Below are positions 1 to 9,964 of a DNA stretch of 42,835 nt, in pieces. The notes beneath the pieces were generated by a model that was not told where the DNA came from, made no database searches, and saw nothing but the letters and a program-made list of their open reading frames with translations. The stretch covers positions 1-42,835 of the forward strand of contig JACQCQ010000008.1 of the NCBI GenBank assembly GCA_016201505.1, read 5' to 3'. Within the stretch, counting starts at the first letter, position 1. Each line of letters opens with the position of its first letter. The DNA comes from Candidatus Sungiibacteriota bacterium (GTDB taxonomy: Bacteria; Patescibacteriota; Minisyncoccia; Sungbacterales; JACQCQ01). Both the position numbers and the translations under genes were made by a program.

Positions 1-75
1 TTGGATGGAAGTCCCTTCATCTTTGATGGCGGACAAGATCTTGGCCCGCGTTTCGGGCGCGATGGTGGTGGACAT
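1..75 (-). CDS. IS3-family transposase OrfA, N-terminus (partial)
   Basis: ATG at 75, MSTTIAPETRAKILSAIKDEGTSIQ, resembles the start of an HTH_Tnp_1 domain. Confidence 0.6.
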   Translation of the reverse strand, partial: MSTTIAPETRAKILSAIKDEGTSIQ

Positions 76-141
76 GAGTGATTAAAAAAAACGGTATTAA
101 AAACACAGTCGACTACTGTCTAGTATATCTGGGACAGGTCA
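1..141 (-). mobile_element. Left end of an IS3-family insertion sequence (runs off the window)
   Basis: Minus strand from 141 reads TGACCTGTCCCAGATATACTAGACAG, a TG-started IS3-like terminal repeat. It is followed by an HTH-like ORF and abruptly cuts the recombinase frame. Confidence 0.7.
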
Positions 142-142
142 T

Positions 143-916
143 CGTCGTCACAGCTTCACCTACGGCGGGCTGATCCAGTGCGGTCAGTGCGGCTGCCGCG
201 TCACCGCCGAGCACAAGGTGAACCGCTACGGAACCCGCTACACTTATTACCATTGCACGCGGCGCCGGCCCTGCCGGCAACGGGTCATCGAGGAGCGCGC
301 CGTTGAACGCCAAATCGCCCGGTTCTTCGCCGGGCTCACCCTTCCGCCGCTGATCCTCGAGTGGGCCTTCGAGTACCTCGACGAGCCCGACCGCGGCGAC
401 GCCGATCACCGGGCCGCGGTCCTGCGGGCGATTGACCACGCCATCAGCCAGGCCGAGCGGGCGCTGTCCAATCTGACCCTCATGCGGGCGCGCGAAGTGA
501 TTACCGAGGCCGAATTCCTGACGGAACGTCCACGGCTGGAACGCGAGCTGGCGACTCTCCGAAGCCAGAGGCCGGTCCCCGTTGATCACGCGAGCCTCGC
601 TGAGGCCACGGCCGACACCTTTGTGACCGTCGCCTACGCCCTCATGGCCTTTGGCGAGGGAGATCCCGCCACCCGACGGGAGCTGGTCGAAACCGTCTGC
701 TCGAACCTTTTCCTGAAGGATAAAGTCCTCAGCATTGAAGCCAAGAAACAGTTCCGCATCATCAACGACGGACTTGGAGAGCTCGCGACCGGGCCGGGAG
801 CGTTCGAACCTCCCCAGGGGCGCTTCACCATGCGGGATTTGGTGGGGTTACCGACGAAGAAAAATACAATGTGGGCGACGGAAGGATCGAACTTCCGACC
901 TCGTCATTATCAGTGA
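143..916 (+). pseudogene. Large serine recombinase/integrase, C-terminal part (Zn ribbon plus coiled coil), disrupted by the IS3 element
   Basis: Frame is open from 143: RRHSFTYGGLIQCGQCGCRVTAEHK..YTYYHC..C, a recombinase Zn-ribbon motif. The catalytic N-terminus is absent. High GC; converges on the tRNA. Confidence 0.8.
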
Positions 917-943
917 CGCGCTCTACCACTGAGCTAGTCGCCC
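872..943 (-). tRNA. tRNA-Ile(GAT)
   Basis: GGGCGAC-TAGCTCAGTGGTAGAGC-G-CGTCA-CTGATAA-TGACG-AGGTC-GGAAGTTCGATCCTTCC-GTCGCCC-A folds as a cloverleaf. Confidence 0.95.
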
Positions 944-1065
944 CTGCCTTACACTCTCAAGATACTAATCAAAAGCCTAAATGTTATCAACTCTATCGCA
1001 ATGGCAGACCCTCCCCTAATTAGTTCCATTCTCTCAATCCATTTTCGCCTCCGTTGTATATTCGC

Positions 1066-1329
1066 CTATTCGAGCGAATTAGAGATGTATTTTGCGATGT
1101 GATGAAGGTGAGGCGAGAGTCTATACCAAACCCGCAAACTGCGCTATTCCTTATCAACAATATCGGCGGCCGAAAGTATGCCGAGATGTTTCGAAGTGGC
1201 TTTAAGGGAAATGCCGATCTTCCCCGCGATCTCACTGACCGAAGCCTCTTTCTCTTTTTTCAAATACTTAACGATTGAGAGCCGTCTCCGATTTGCCAAA
1301 GCCTTTAACACGCGCTCGAAATCTTTCAT
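1066..1329 (-). pseudogene. ArsR/SmtB-family HTH regulator with an internal TAG
   Basis: LKALANRRRLSIVKYL..SVSEIA..TSKHLGIL; TAG at 1144-1146, then the frame continues RSLRVWYRLS...* to 1066. Confidence 0.7.
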
Positions 1330-1435
1330 CAGTTCAGCATATCACCATCCAGATATACTATTCCACCATTCGCGCGAATTAGAGATATATAAGGTGAGAG
1401 AATAAAAAATCCAAAACAAAAGAGTCTATCTAAAA

Positions 1436-2014
1436 TTAAACAAAATGGGAAATAAATGAATCCCTATGAATTGGCAATGGAGCGTTGCCTTTCAGCATTT
1501 CAATATGCGCCCGCGTGCCGTAGCCTTTGTGCCGATCAAAATCCCAACCGGGGAATTTTTTGGCCATACGCACCATATATCGATCGCGGCGAATTTTGGC
1601 AATAATTGAAGCCGCCGCGACAACCGGAATCTTTGCGTCTCCGCCGATGACAATTTTATGCGGCAGATCGGCGCGCATGACGAGCGCCCCGTCTAAAAAT
1701 ACAAAGTGCGGCCGCTGCGCGCATTTCAAAATTAACCGCGCTGCGCCTCGATAGGTCGCCTCTTGAATATTCACGCGGTCAATGACTTTTGCTGAAACAT
1801 ACGTCTGATGCCAGACGAGTCTCGGATGATTGACGATGAACTGATACCAGAGCTCGCGTTTTTTGGGGCTTAGCTGTTTTGAATCCTTAATTTTCCCGAG
1901 TTCCTTCGTCCAAAAGCGAAAGCCTTTTGGCGCAATCACGAGTGCCACTGAGACTGGCCCGGCCAAAGGGCCCCGTCCCGCCTCATCAATTCCGCCGATT
2001 AACATCCGCTTCAT
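1436..2014 (-). CDS. rnhB: Ribonuclease HII
   Basis: GIDEAGRGPLAGPV, DSKQLS, AASIIAK..RD and HKGYGT motifs. Confidence 0.95.
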   Translation of the reverse strand: MKRMLIGGIDEAGRGPLAGPVSVALVIAPKGFRFWTKELGKIKDSKQLSPKKRELWYQFIVNHPRLVWHQTYVSAKVIDRVNIQEATYRGAARLILKCAQRPHFVFLDGALVMRADLPHKIVIGGDAKIPVVAAASIIAKIRRDRYMVRMAKKFPGWDFDRHKGYGTRAHIEMLKGNAPLPIHRDSFISHFV

Positions 2015-2081
2015 GAATTCATCATACATTCAGTCCTTGTCCACTACCAACGATCGCTCCGAGGCCTATACTATAGAAGCA

Positions 2082-5000
2082 ATGAGCCAAAGATTTGTCC
2101 ATCTTCACGTGCATTCTCACTATTCTCTTTTAGACGGCCTAACCAAGCTGGATGAATTAATCGCGCGCACAAAAGAGCTCGGCATGGATGCAGTCGCACT
2201 CACCGATCACGGCAATTTGTACGGCGCGATTGAGTTTTATCAGAAAGCCAAGAAAGCCGGCATAAAACCGATCATTGGCTGTGAGATGTATATTGCCTCG
2301 CGCGCGATGGAGGATAAAGAGCCGGGACTCGATGATAAACGCTTTCATTTAACGGTGCTTGCGCGTACCAATGAGGGCTATCAAAATCTCATCAAACTTG
2401 TCACCGCCGCGCATTTAAAAGGCTACTATTATAAGCCGCGGATTGATCACAAAATTTTGCGCGAACACGCCGCGGGCCTAATCGCGCTCTCGGGATGCCT
2501 GAATGGCGAAATTCCGCGCGCCATTCGGGCGGGCCAGATGGAGCGCGCGGAAGAATTAATCCGCGAATACCAAGAAATTTTTGGCAAGGAATATTTTTAT
2601 TTAGAACTGGCTCCAAAACGAAGTTACGAAGAGAAAGAGGGCGTGAATGACGCACTCATTAAACTTTCGAAAAGTCTGGGGGTGCCGGTTGTCGCAACCA
2701 ACGACGTCCACTACTGTCGTCCTGAAGATAAAGAAGCGCAAGATATTCTAGTCTCCGTCCAAACAGGCGCAAGATTCGAAGATGAAAACCGACTTACTAT
2801 GCGTGAAGATAACTATTCTATTCGCTCTCCGGAAGAGATGGCCTCTTTTTTCACCCATATCCCGGAAGCCATTGAAAATACTGCCCGCATCGCCGACTCA
2901 ATTGAAGTTAAAATTGAACTGGGGAAAAATAAAATACCCCCATTCGAGACTCCCGAAGGCTTTACCCAGGAATCGTACTTGGAAAAACTCTGTCTCGAGG
3001 GCATAAAAAATCGCTACGCCATTTCGGCAGGTGATCTAAAAAATTCAAAGGAGGCGGGTGTGGCCGCCGTTCGCGAGCGGTACAATTATGAACTCGAAAT
3101 TATCAAAAAAACCGGCTTCACCTCGTATTTTTTGGTCGTCCAGGATTTTGTAAATTGGGCGCGTGCCCAAAACATCATCGTCGGCCCGGGCCGCGGATCG
3201 GCTGCCGGCTCTTTAATTTCCTACGTTTTAAATATCACCAACATCGATCCGCTCCATTACAATCTCCTCTTTGAGCGCTTCTTAAATCCCGAGCGCATTG
3301 CGATGCCTGATATCGATCTTGATTTTGCCGACACGGGCCGAGATCAGGTCATTGACTATGTCCAAAAAAAATACGGTCGGGATAAGGTGGCACAGATTGT
3401 GACCTTCGGGACCATGGCGGCGCGGGCGGCCATCCGCGACACGGGCCGGGCGCTTGGCATGTCGTATTCGTTCTGCGATCAGATCGCGAAATTAATTCCT
3501 TTTAATCCGACACAGGGCATGAAAGAGGGCTGGCTGATTCAGTGTTTACGTGACGTCGAGGAGCTAAAAAATTTATATGAGCGAGATGCGGAAGCCAAGC
3601 GGCTTATTGACGCGGCACTGAAATTAGAAGGCGTCGTGCGACACGCCTCGATTCATGCCTCGGGTCTCGTGGTTGCCCCCGAGCCGCTTGTTCAGTACGT
3701 CCCGCTACAATACGCCACTCGTGCGAAAGGAGATGAAAAAGAGGAGGTTTTAGTTACTCAATATGACATGCACGGCGTTGAAGCCTTGGGTCTTTTGAAA
3801 ATGGATTTTCTGGGCCTTCGAAACTTGTCGATTATTGAGCGGACCGTTGAAATTGTCCGTCAAACCCGCGGTATTGAAATTGACATTGATACATTGGCAC
3901 TCGATGACAGGCCGACGTATAAACTTTTTCAGGAAGCAAAAACAACAGGAGTGTTTCAGTTTGAGTGCCTAGCCGGCGACACTATTGTTTCCAATACAAC
4001 AATCGAAAAACTTTATAAAAAAGGTAAACCGAGTTTACGTTCTGTGTTCCTGGATAAAGGAACGGTGCACAACAATAAAGTCCTTAAAATAATGCGAAGT
4101 GGCAAAAAAGAGATTTATGCACTGATTGCTGACGATGGAAGGTACATAAAAGCCACCATAAATCATAAATTTTTGACTGCAGACGGATGGAAAAAACTTG
4201 AAAATATTCGACCGGGAGAAAAAGTGCTTACTAAAATCAGGGCGAAATCTGAGATTTGGAATACATGTCAGATATGCAATAGGCAAATTGATGGGCAAAA
4301 AAATGGAAAAAGTAGATTCTGCTATCGCTGTTCAGCGTCATTTTATAGCAACCCCACGAAAGAAATGTCGCGGACGAAGATGTCTTCATCGAGAAGAAGA
4401 TTCTTCCTCAATGGAGGGCAGCCTTGGAATCTGCATAAGACGAGTGCTACAAACAATATCAATATCCTTTACGAAAATGGGAAGAAAATTTCTAAGGCCC
4501 TGACTGGTAAAACACTAGAAATGAGAGTTGGAAAAATGGAAGCAGAAAAATGGCGGCTGCGTCTTCAGCAACGTAGGCGTGGGCAAAATAACCCCATGTA
4601 CGGTAAACCTTCTCCTCATCGCAAAGGAGGATACCGCGCTGATCTTGGCCATTATGTACGGTCGAACTGGGAGGCAGACTTTGCTAGAATTCTCAACCTC
4701 CGTAAAGTTGAATACGCATACGAGCCACAACGTTTTGAGCTTAAGCGAAGAGACGGGAGTATCTGTTCTTATACGCCGGATTTCTATACTCCGCACGATG
4801 GCACATTCTATGAGATTAAGGGCTGGTTCCACGATGCAGACAAGGAAAAAATTGAACTTTTTAAAAAGCAACATCCCGACCGACGGTTTGTTTTGATCAG
4901 TGCAACAAGATTCGCTGAACTAGCTCTGCAATATAAAAATTTGATTGCTTGGGAATGCCCCGAGATTCCTGCTGGGTTTGGGTGGAGAGTGGTGAAAGAA

Positions 5001-6464
5001 ATTTTACCCGCAGGAAAAGAAATGACATATGACATTGCAATGGCATATCCCGCGAATAATTTCATTGCTAACGGCTTTGTGGTGCATAACTCATCCGGCA
5101 TGAAGCGCTACTTAAAAGAACTAAAACCAACCGAGCTGGAAGATTTAATCGCCATGGTCGCCCTCTATCGCCCCGGCCCGATGGAGTATATCCCTTCATA
5201 CATCAATCGCAAGCATAAAAAAGAGACCGTTACGTATTTGCATCCGAAGCTGGAGCCAATTTTGGGTCCGACCTACGGCATCGGCGTCTATCAGGAGCAG
5301 ATGATGCAGATCGCGCGGGATCTGGCCGGATTTACGCTCCCCGAAGCCGACACGCTGCGAAAAGCCATCGGCAAAAAGATTAAATCGCTACTGGCCGAGC
5401 AGGAAGAAAAAATGATCACTGGAATGATTAAAAATGGAATTAGCAAAGAAACGGCGGCGGCTGTATGGGGACTGTTTCCTGCTTTTGCACGATACGGCTT
5501 CCCCCGAGCTCACGCAGCTTGCTACGCCTTGGTCGCCTATCAAACAGCCTACTTAAAGGCCCATTTTCCCGCCGAATACATGGCGGCGCTGATGACGGCC
5601 GAAGGGTTTGAAATCGAGCGCGTCGCTTTCCTGATTGATGAAACGAAAGCCATGGGGATTGAGGTGTTGGCACCCGATGTCAATGAAAGTTTCGAGACGT
5701 TTACGGTCGTTGATAACGGGAACGAAAAAGAGAAAGAGGCAAAAATTCGATTTGGCCTTTCGGCCATCAAGAATGTCGGATCAAATATTGTCGAATCAAT
5801 TATTGCTTCGCGAAAAAAGAGCGGAAGATTCGTTTCGCTGACCGATTTTATTGAGCGGCTACCGGTAAAAGATTTAAACCGAAAATCAATTGAAGCGCTC
5901 GCCAAGTGCGGCGCACTCGACTCGCTCGCCGAGCGTAATCAAATTTTAGCAAACATGGACGTATTGCTTGAGTTTGCCCGAAACCGCGAACGCGAGGCCC
6001 TGTCAAACCAAAATTCATTGTTCGGCGGCGAGAGCGCGACTTTTTCAACGCTTAAGTTGCAGGAGGTGCCGCCAGCGGATAAACGCGAGCGGCTGCAATG
6101 GGAAAAAGAATTGCTCGGTCTGTATATCTCGGAGCATCCACTCGCCTCATTTATCCAGAAATTAAAAGCCAGTGACGCCATCCCCATTCGCGGACTTGAT
6201 GCCGAATCAATACGAGGCCGCGCGATTTCTATTGGGGGCGTGGTTTCCGGCATTAAAAAGATTATAACCAAAAGCGGCGAATCGATGTTATTTGTCACGG
6301 TCGAAGACCCAACCGCGAAAACCGAGGTTCTGGTATTTCCCTCGCTCTTAAAATCAAACCCGACGATCTGGCAGATGGATAAAATTTTGCTGGTTCGCGG
6401 CAAGGTCTCGGAAAAAGACGGCGAGCCGAAATTGCTTTGCGATCAGGTGAGCGAGCTAGTCTAA
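2082..6464 (+). CDS. dnaE: DNA polymerase III alpha subunit (intein-containing)
   Basis: FVHLHVHSHYSLLDG PHP domain, GPGRGSAAGS, PDIDLDF, KMDFLGL and a C-terminal OB fold. Start re-placed at MSQRF. Confidence 0.96.
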   Translation: MSQRFVHLHVHSHYSLLDGLTKLDELIARTKELGMDAVALTDHGNLYGAIEFYQKAKKAGIKPIIGCEMYIASRAMEDKEPGLDDKRFHLTVLARTNEGYQNLIKLVTAAHLKGYYYKPRIDHKILREHAAGLIALSGCLNGEIPRAIRAGQMERAEELIREYQEIFGKEYFYLELAPKRSYEEKEGVNDALIKLSKSLGVPVVATNDVHYCRPEDKEAQDILVSVQTGARFEDENRLTMREDNYSIRSPEEMASFFTHIPEAIENTARIADSIEVKIELGKNKIPPFETPEGFTQESYLEKLCLEGIKNRYAISAGDLKNSKEAGVAAVRERYNYELEIIKKTGFTSYFLVVQDFVNWARAQNIIVGPGRGSAAGSLISYVLNITNIDPLHYNLLFERFLNPERIAMPDIDLDFADTGRDQVIDYVQKKYGRDKVAQIVTFGTMAARAAIRDTGRALGMSYSFCDQIAKLIPFNPTQGMKEGWLIQCLRDVEELKNLYERDAEAKRLIDAALKLEGVVRHASIHASGLVVAPEPLVQYVPLQYATRAKGDEKEEVLVTQYDMHGVEALGLLKMDFLGLRNLSIIERTVEIVRQTRGIEIDIDTLALDDRPTYKLFQEAKTTGVFQFECLAGDTIVSNTTIEKLYKKGKPSLRSVFLDKGTVHNNKVLKIMRSGKKEIYALIADDGRYIKATINHKFLTADGWKKLENIRPGEKVLTKIRAKSEIWNTCQICNRQIDGQKNGKSRFCYRCSASFYSNPTKEMSRTKMSSSRRRFFLNGGQPWNLHKTSATNNINILYENGKKISKALTGKTLEMRVGKMEAEKWRLRLQQRRRGQNNPMYGKPSPHRKGGYRADLGHYVRSNWEADFARILNLRKVEYAYEPQRFELKRRDGSICSYTPDFYTPHDGTFYEIKGWFHDADKEKIELFKKQHPDRRFVLISATRFAELALQYKNLIAWECPEIPAGFGWRVVKEILPAGKEMTYDIAMAYPANNFIANGFVVHNSSGMKRYLKELKPTELEDLIAMVALYRPGPMEYIPSYINRKHKKETVTYLHPKLEPILGPTYGIGVYQEQMMQIARDLAGFTLPEADTLRKAIGKKIKSLLAEQEEKMITGMIKNGISKETAAAVWGLFPAFARYGFPRAHAACYALVAYQTAYLKAHFPAEYMAALMTAEGFEIERVAFLIDETKAMGIEVLAPDVNESFETFTVVDNGNEKEKEAKIRFGLSAIKNVGSNIVESIIASRKKSGRFVSLTDFIERLPVKDLNRKSIEALAKCGALDSLAERNQILANMDVLLEFARNREREALSNQNSLFGGESATFSTLKLQEVPPADKRERLQWEKELLGLYISEHPLASFIQKLKASDAIPIRGLDAESIRGRAISIGGVVSGIKKIITKSGESMLFVTVEDPTAKTEVLVFPSLLKSNPTIWQMDKILLVRGKVSEKDGEPKLLCDQVSELV
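3966..5090 (+). mobile_element. Intein (375 aa) with an internal endonuclease domain
   Basis: Exteins GVFQFE | SSGMKRYL; starts CLAGDT, block B ATINHKFLT, ends YDIAM..NNFIANGFVVHN; lower GC than the host gene. Confidence 0.93.
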
Positions 6465-6523
6465 CAATTATCGCCCCCTTTCGCCGAGCGAAAATTATAT
6501 GCTAGGCTCGGTATAATCAGTCT

Positions 6524-8230
6524 ATGTCAAACGACGAATCGCTGGAGAATCTCCGTCACTCGCTCGCCCATCTCCTTGCCGCCGCAGTTTTAGAACTCTG
6601 GCCAAATGCGAAGCCCACCATCGGCCCCGCCATTGAAAACGGGTTTTATTATGATTTCCAGTTTGTCCAGCCAATTTCAGAAAATGACCTTCCCAAGATT
6701 GAGGCCAAAATGCGTGAGATGCTGGGAAGCTGGGGCGGCATTACCGGAAAAGAAGTTTCGGCGGAAGAAGCAAAAGAGTTTTTTAAGGGAAACCTCTTCA
6801 AGCTCGAACTTATCGATGAAATAGTCTCAAGGGGTGAGCCGATTACCCTCTACACCTCTGGCAATTTTATCGACCTTTGCCGCGGCGGCCATGTTGAGAA
6901 TATTAAAGACATCAACCCCGAGGCCTTTAAACTGACTAAGGTCGCGGGTGCTTACTGGCGCGGCAGCGAAAAAAATCCCCAATTAACACGCATCTACGGC
7001 GTGGCATTCGAGACTCCCGAGGAATTAAAAAAGTATCTGACTATACTTGAAGAAGCCGAAAAGCGAGACCACCGAAAATTGGGTAGAGACCTTGAACTTT
7101 TTATGTTCCATGAGACCGCGCCCGGCATGCCCTATTGGCTGCCGAAGGGACTTATCGTCATCAATCAGTTGATCCACTTTTGGCGCACGGAACATCAAAA
7201 GCGCGGCTACCAGGAAATTAAATCTCCTCTTTTAAATAAGAAAGAGCTCTATACGACCTCGGGCCACTGGGATCATTATCTCGAAAATATGTTTATCTCG
7301 GAAACCGCAGAGGGCGAGACCTATGCCTTAAAACCCATGAATTGCCCGAATGCTATGGTTGTGTTTGATTCGAAACTCCGCAGCTATCGCGACCTGCCGC
7401 TGCGTCTTTCAGATACCGATACGCTCCATCGGTTTGAACGCTCCGGCACCTTAAGCGGACTGTTGCGGGTGAGAGAATTCTCCCAAGACGACGCTCATAT
7501 TTTTATCGCCGAAGACCAGATTCATTCGGAATACCAAGAAATATTTTCCATCGCCGAGCGTTTTTATTCAGTTTTTAATTTAGAGTATTCATTCCAGCTG
7601 GGAACGCGGCCGGAAAAATTCATTGGTGAGAAGTCTACTTGGGATAACGCTGAAAAACAATTAAAAGATATCCTCGCGCACAGCGGCAAATCATTTTCTA
7701 TCGCCCAAGGCGAGGGCGCCTTTTACGGACCTAAAATAGACATTTTAATGAAAGATTCGCTGGGACGAGACTGGCAAACGGGCACCATCCAGCTTGATTT
7801 TCAGCTGCCGCAGCGCTTTGACCTACGATACGTCTCGGCCGATGGAACGCCGAAAACCCCGATCGTTATTCATCGCGTCATCTACGGTTCACTTGAAAGA
7901 TTTTTGGGCATCTTGATTGAGCATACCGCCGGGGTGTTCCCCTTCTGGCTCGCGCCCGTACAGGTTGCGATTTTACCGATTAACGACAAAAATGCCGACT
8001 ACATTGAAAAAGTTGCGACACAATTGGCCGAAAAAAATATCCGACACCATACTGACTCGCGCAATGAATCTATCTCAAGAAAAATTCGCGATGCGGAACT
8101 CGAAAAAATTCCCTATTTATTCGTCATCGGCGATCGTGAAGCCGAAACCGGCAAGGTAGCCGTTCGCCAACGCGGCAAGGGAGACCTGGGCGCTAAAACT
8201 ATTGAAGAGTTTCTTGGTCAAGTTTTATAA
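6524..8230 (+). CDS. thrS: Threonyl-tRNA synthetase (no N-terminal TGS domain)
   Basis: RHSLAH, DLCRGGH, RDHRKLG, KPMNCP, FYGPKID, IHRVIYGSLERF. Confidence 0.97.
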   Translation: MSNDESLENLRHSLAHLLAAAVLELWPNAKPTIGPAIENGFYYDFQFVQPISENDLPKIEAKMREMLGSWGGITGKEVSAEEAKEFFKGNLFKLELIDEIVSRGEPITLYTSGNFIDLCRGGHVENIKDINPEAFKLTKVAGAYWRGSEKNPQLTRIYGVAFETPEELKKYLTILEEAEKRDHRKLGRDLELFMFHETAPGMPYWLPKGLIVINQLIHFWRTEHQKRGYQEIKSPLLNKKELYTTSGHWDHYLENMFISETAEGETYALKPMNCPNAMVVFDSKLRSYRDLPLRLSDTDTLHRFERSGTLSGLLRVREFSQDDAHIFIAEDQIHSEYQEIFSIAERFYSVFNLEYSFQLGTRPEKFIGEKSTWDNAEKQLKDILAHSGKSFSIAQGEGAFYGPKIDILMKDSLGRDWQTGTIQLDFQLPQRFDLRYVSADGTPKTPIVIHRVIYGSLERFLGILIEHTAGVFPFWLAPVQVAILPINDKNADYIEKVATQLAEKNIRHHTDSRNESISRKIRDAELEKIPYLFVIGDREAETGKVAVRQRGKGDLGAKTIEEFLGQVL

Positions 8231-8254
8231 TGGTGTGAGGAAGGAGGTGATGGG

Positions 8255-8530
8255 ATGCGCTTTTTGCGCATTGTCGCATCAATAGAACGGCGCCGGAGGG
8301 CTCGAAGAGAGTTTCTCGAGACTCTCAAAGTTGCCTGTCTTCAAGAAAAGCAGGCGACCGAATCCTGGCAGAAGAACCTGTACAGCCTCGACCGACGCGA
8401 AGCGGCCATCGCTTCACGCCGAAGTCTGCGGGAACTGGTCAGTCGCTATCGACGCACCTACCCCGACGAGATTCGTGCCTACCTTCGGCGATACGAAGTT
8501 CGAGGATTTCACCGACTCCTCCGCCGCTAA
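8255..8530 (+). CDS. Hypothetical Arg-rich protein
   Basis: ORF with a strong SD (AAGGAGGTGA) upstream. Confidence 0.55.
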   Translation: MRFLRIVASIERRRRARREFLETLKVACLQEKQATESWQKNLYSLDRREAAIASRRSLRELVSRYRRTYPDEIRAYLRRYEVRGFHRLLRR

Positions 8531-8582
8531 GCGCCGAGTGCTCATTGCACTCGGCGCCTTCACTGCTTGATATACTAAGCCT

Positions 8583-8864
8583 ATGAAAATTGCTTTGATA
8601 CTTGTTTTGTTAGCCGCTTTGGTTTCATTTGGCGCTTGGATCATACTCCAAAGTCAACCAAGCGAGACCCCCGTGATGGCGCGAGAGCCAGTTCTCGAGA
8701 CGCCCCCCAAAACACCGGCGGAAATTGATTTTGGCTATCCGCCATTTGGCCGCGATCATGCAGCCAGCAGCACAGAAATCAAAAACCAAATCGACACGGC
8801 TCTTCAGGAACTAAAGAGTCTCTACCAACAAAAATACGCGGCCTCAACCAGCCCCGCGCAGTAG
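8583..8864 (+). CDS. Hypothetical small exported or membrane-anchored protein
   Basis: N-terminal hydrophobic helix; TATACT 6 nt before the ATG. Confidence 0.7.
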   Translation: MKIALILVLLAALVSFGAWIILQSQPSETPVMAREPVLETPPKTPAEIDFGYPPFGRDHAASSTEIKNQIDTALQELKSLYQQKYAASTSPAQ

Positions 8865-8873
8865 TATGCCTCT

Positions 8874-8915
8874 AGAGAACATTCTCATATTCTTAAGAAT
8901 ATGAGAATGTTCTCT
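8874..8915. repeat. Perfect 42-bp palindrome
   Basis: AGAGAACATTCTCATATTCTT|AAGAATATGAGAATGTTCTCT. Confidence 0.95.
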
Positions 8916-8933
8916 GCTGCTCATGGGACAAAA

Positions 8934-9818
8934 ATGAATGACTTACCAAAACTTATTGCCATTGTTGGCCCGACGTCGTCAGGCAAATCAGCTCTCGCGG
9001 TGAAATTGGCGAGGTGTTTTGATGGTGAAGTTATATCGGCTGACTCGCGCCAAATTTACAAGGGCCTGGATATCGGGACCGGAAAAATCACCGAAAGCGA
9101 AATGCATGGTATCCCCCATTACTTGTTAAGCTTTGTCTCACTCCCAAGGCAGTATTCGGTAGCTCTCTACAAAAAGGCGGCTGATGGAGCGATCCGAAAA
9201 ATCCTAGATAAAAATAAGCTGCCGATTTTGGTTGGCGGGACGGGGCTGTATATTGATGCTGTTACGCGGGGCATTTATTTTCCGGATGTTCCGCCGGATT
9301 CTAAATTGAGAAAAAAATTGGAAAAAAGGAATGCAAAAATGCTGCTTGCAATACTAGAAAAGCTGGATTCAGCGCGAGCTAGTAAAATCGACCCGCAAAA
9401 CCGTCGTAGAATCATCCGCGCCATCGAGATAGCCAAAGTTTTACCGCGAACTCCGAAAAAATCCGTACAGCCGAACTATGATACCTTGTTTCTGGGAATC
9501 AGAAGAAGCCCGGTTGAACTAAGAAAGCGAATTAAAAATTCGGTGCATGATCGAATCCAGCGTGGCCTAATTCAAGAAACAAAAAAACTTCTAAAGTCCG
9601 GCCTATCCAAAAAGCGACTGGCTGAAATTGGGCTTGATTATCGATTTGCGATTGAGGCACTCGGGGGAAGGTTAAGCCGCCAAGAATTAATTGAAAAATT
9701 AGAAACTGCTAGCCGGCAATACGCCAAACGTCAGCATACCTGGTTTAAACGATACAAAGATATTCATTGGTTTAAAAATGAAAAAGAGGCCAAACAACTT
9801 GTTCTTCAATTTTTGTAA
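8934..9818 (+). CDS. miaA: tRNA dimethylallyltransferase
   Basis: GPTSSGKS, ISADSRQIY, VGGTGLY, YAKRQ.TW. Confidence 0.96.
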   Translation: MNDLPKLIAIVGPTSSGKSALAVKLARCFDGEVISADSRQIYKGLDIGTGKITESEMHGIPHYLLSFVSLPRQYSVALYKKAADGAIRKILDKNKLPILVGGTGLYIDAVTRGIYFPDVPPDSKLRKKLEKRNAKMLLAILEKLDSARASKIDPQNRRRIIRAIEIAKVLPRTPKKSVQPNYDTLFLGIRRSPVELRKRIKNSVHDRIQRGLIQETKKLLKSGLSKKRLAEIGLDYRFAIEALGGRLSRQELIEKLETASRQYAKRQHTWFKRYKDIHWFKNEKEAKQLVLQFL

Positions 9819-9833
9819 CCTTACGCCTTCTAC

Positions 9834-9861
9834 ATCATCCCACGCTATAGCGTGGGATGAT
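9834..9861. repeat. Perfect 28-bp palindrome
   Basis: ATCATCCCACGCTA|TAGCGTGGGATGAT; same core as 11449-11486. Confidence 0.95.
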
Positions 9862-9964
9862 TGTACTTACAAAATAAAAGCCGCCGGTCTCACATGCATG
9901 GCTGCACGCGAGACCGGCGTTGAATCCGAAGCAGGTTCTATACCTGCTGATACCGCTCGAAGGT

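Noticed and set aside
113-589. 158-aa minus-strand ORF and other antisense or shadow ORFs in the track
   Set aside because: They overlap well-supported genes on the other strand or frame and show no motifs.
1144-1146. Stop-codon reassignment
   Set aside because: TAG, TGA and TAA all end conserved genes at expected positions, so the standard code 11 fits.
1863-2081. N-terminal extension of DnaE in the ORF track
   Set aside because: It overlaps rnhB antisense. The conserved PHP domain starts at 2082 after a -10 box.
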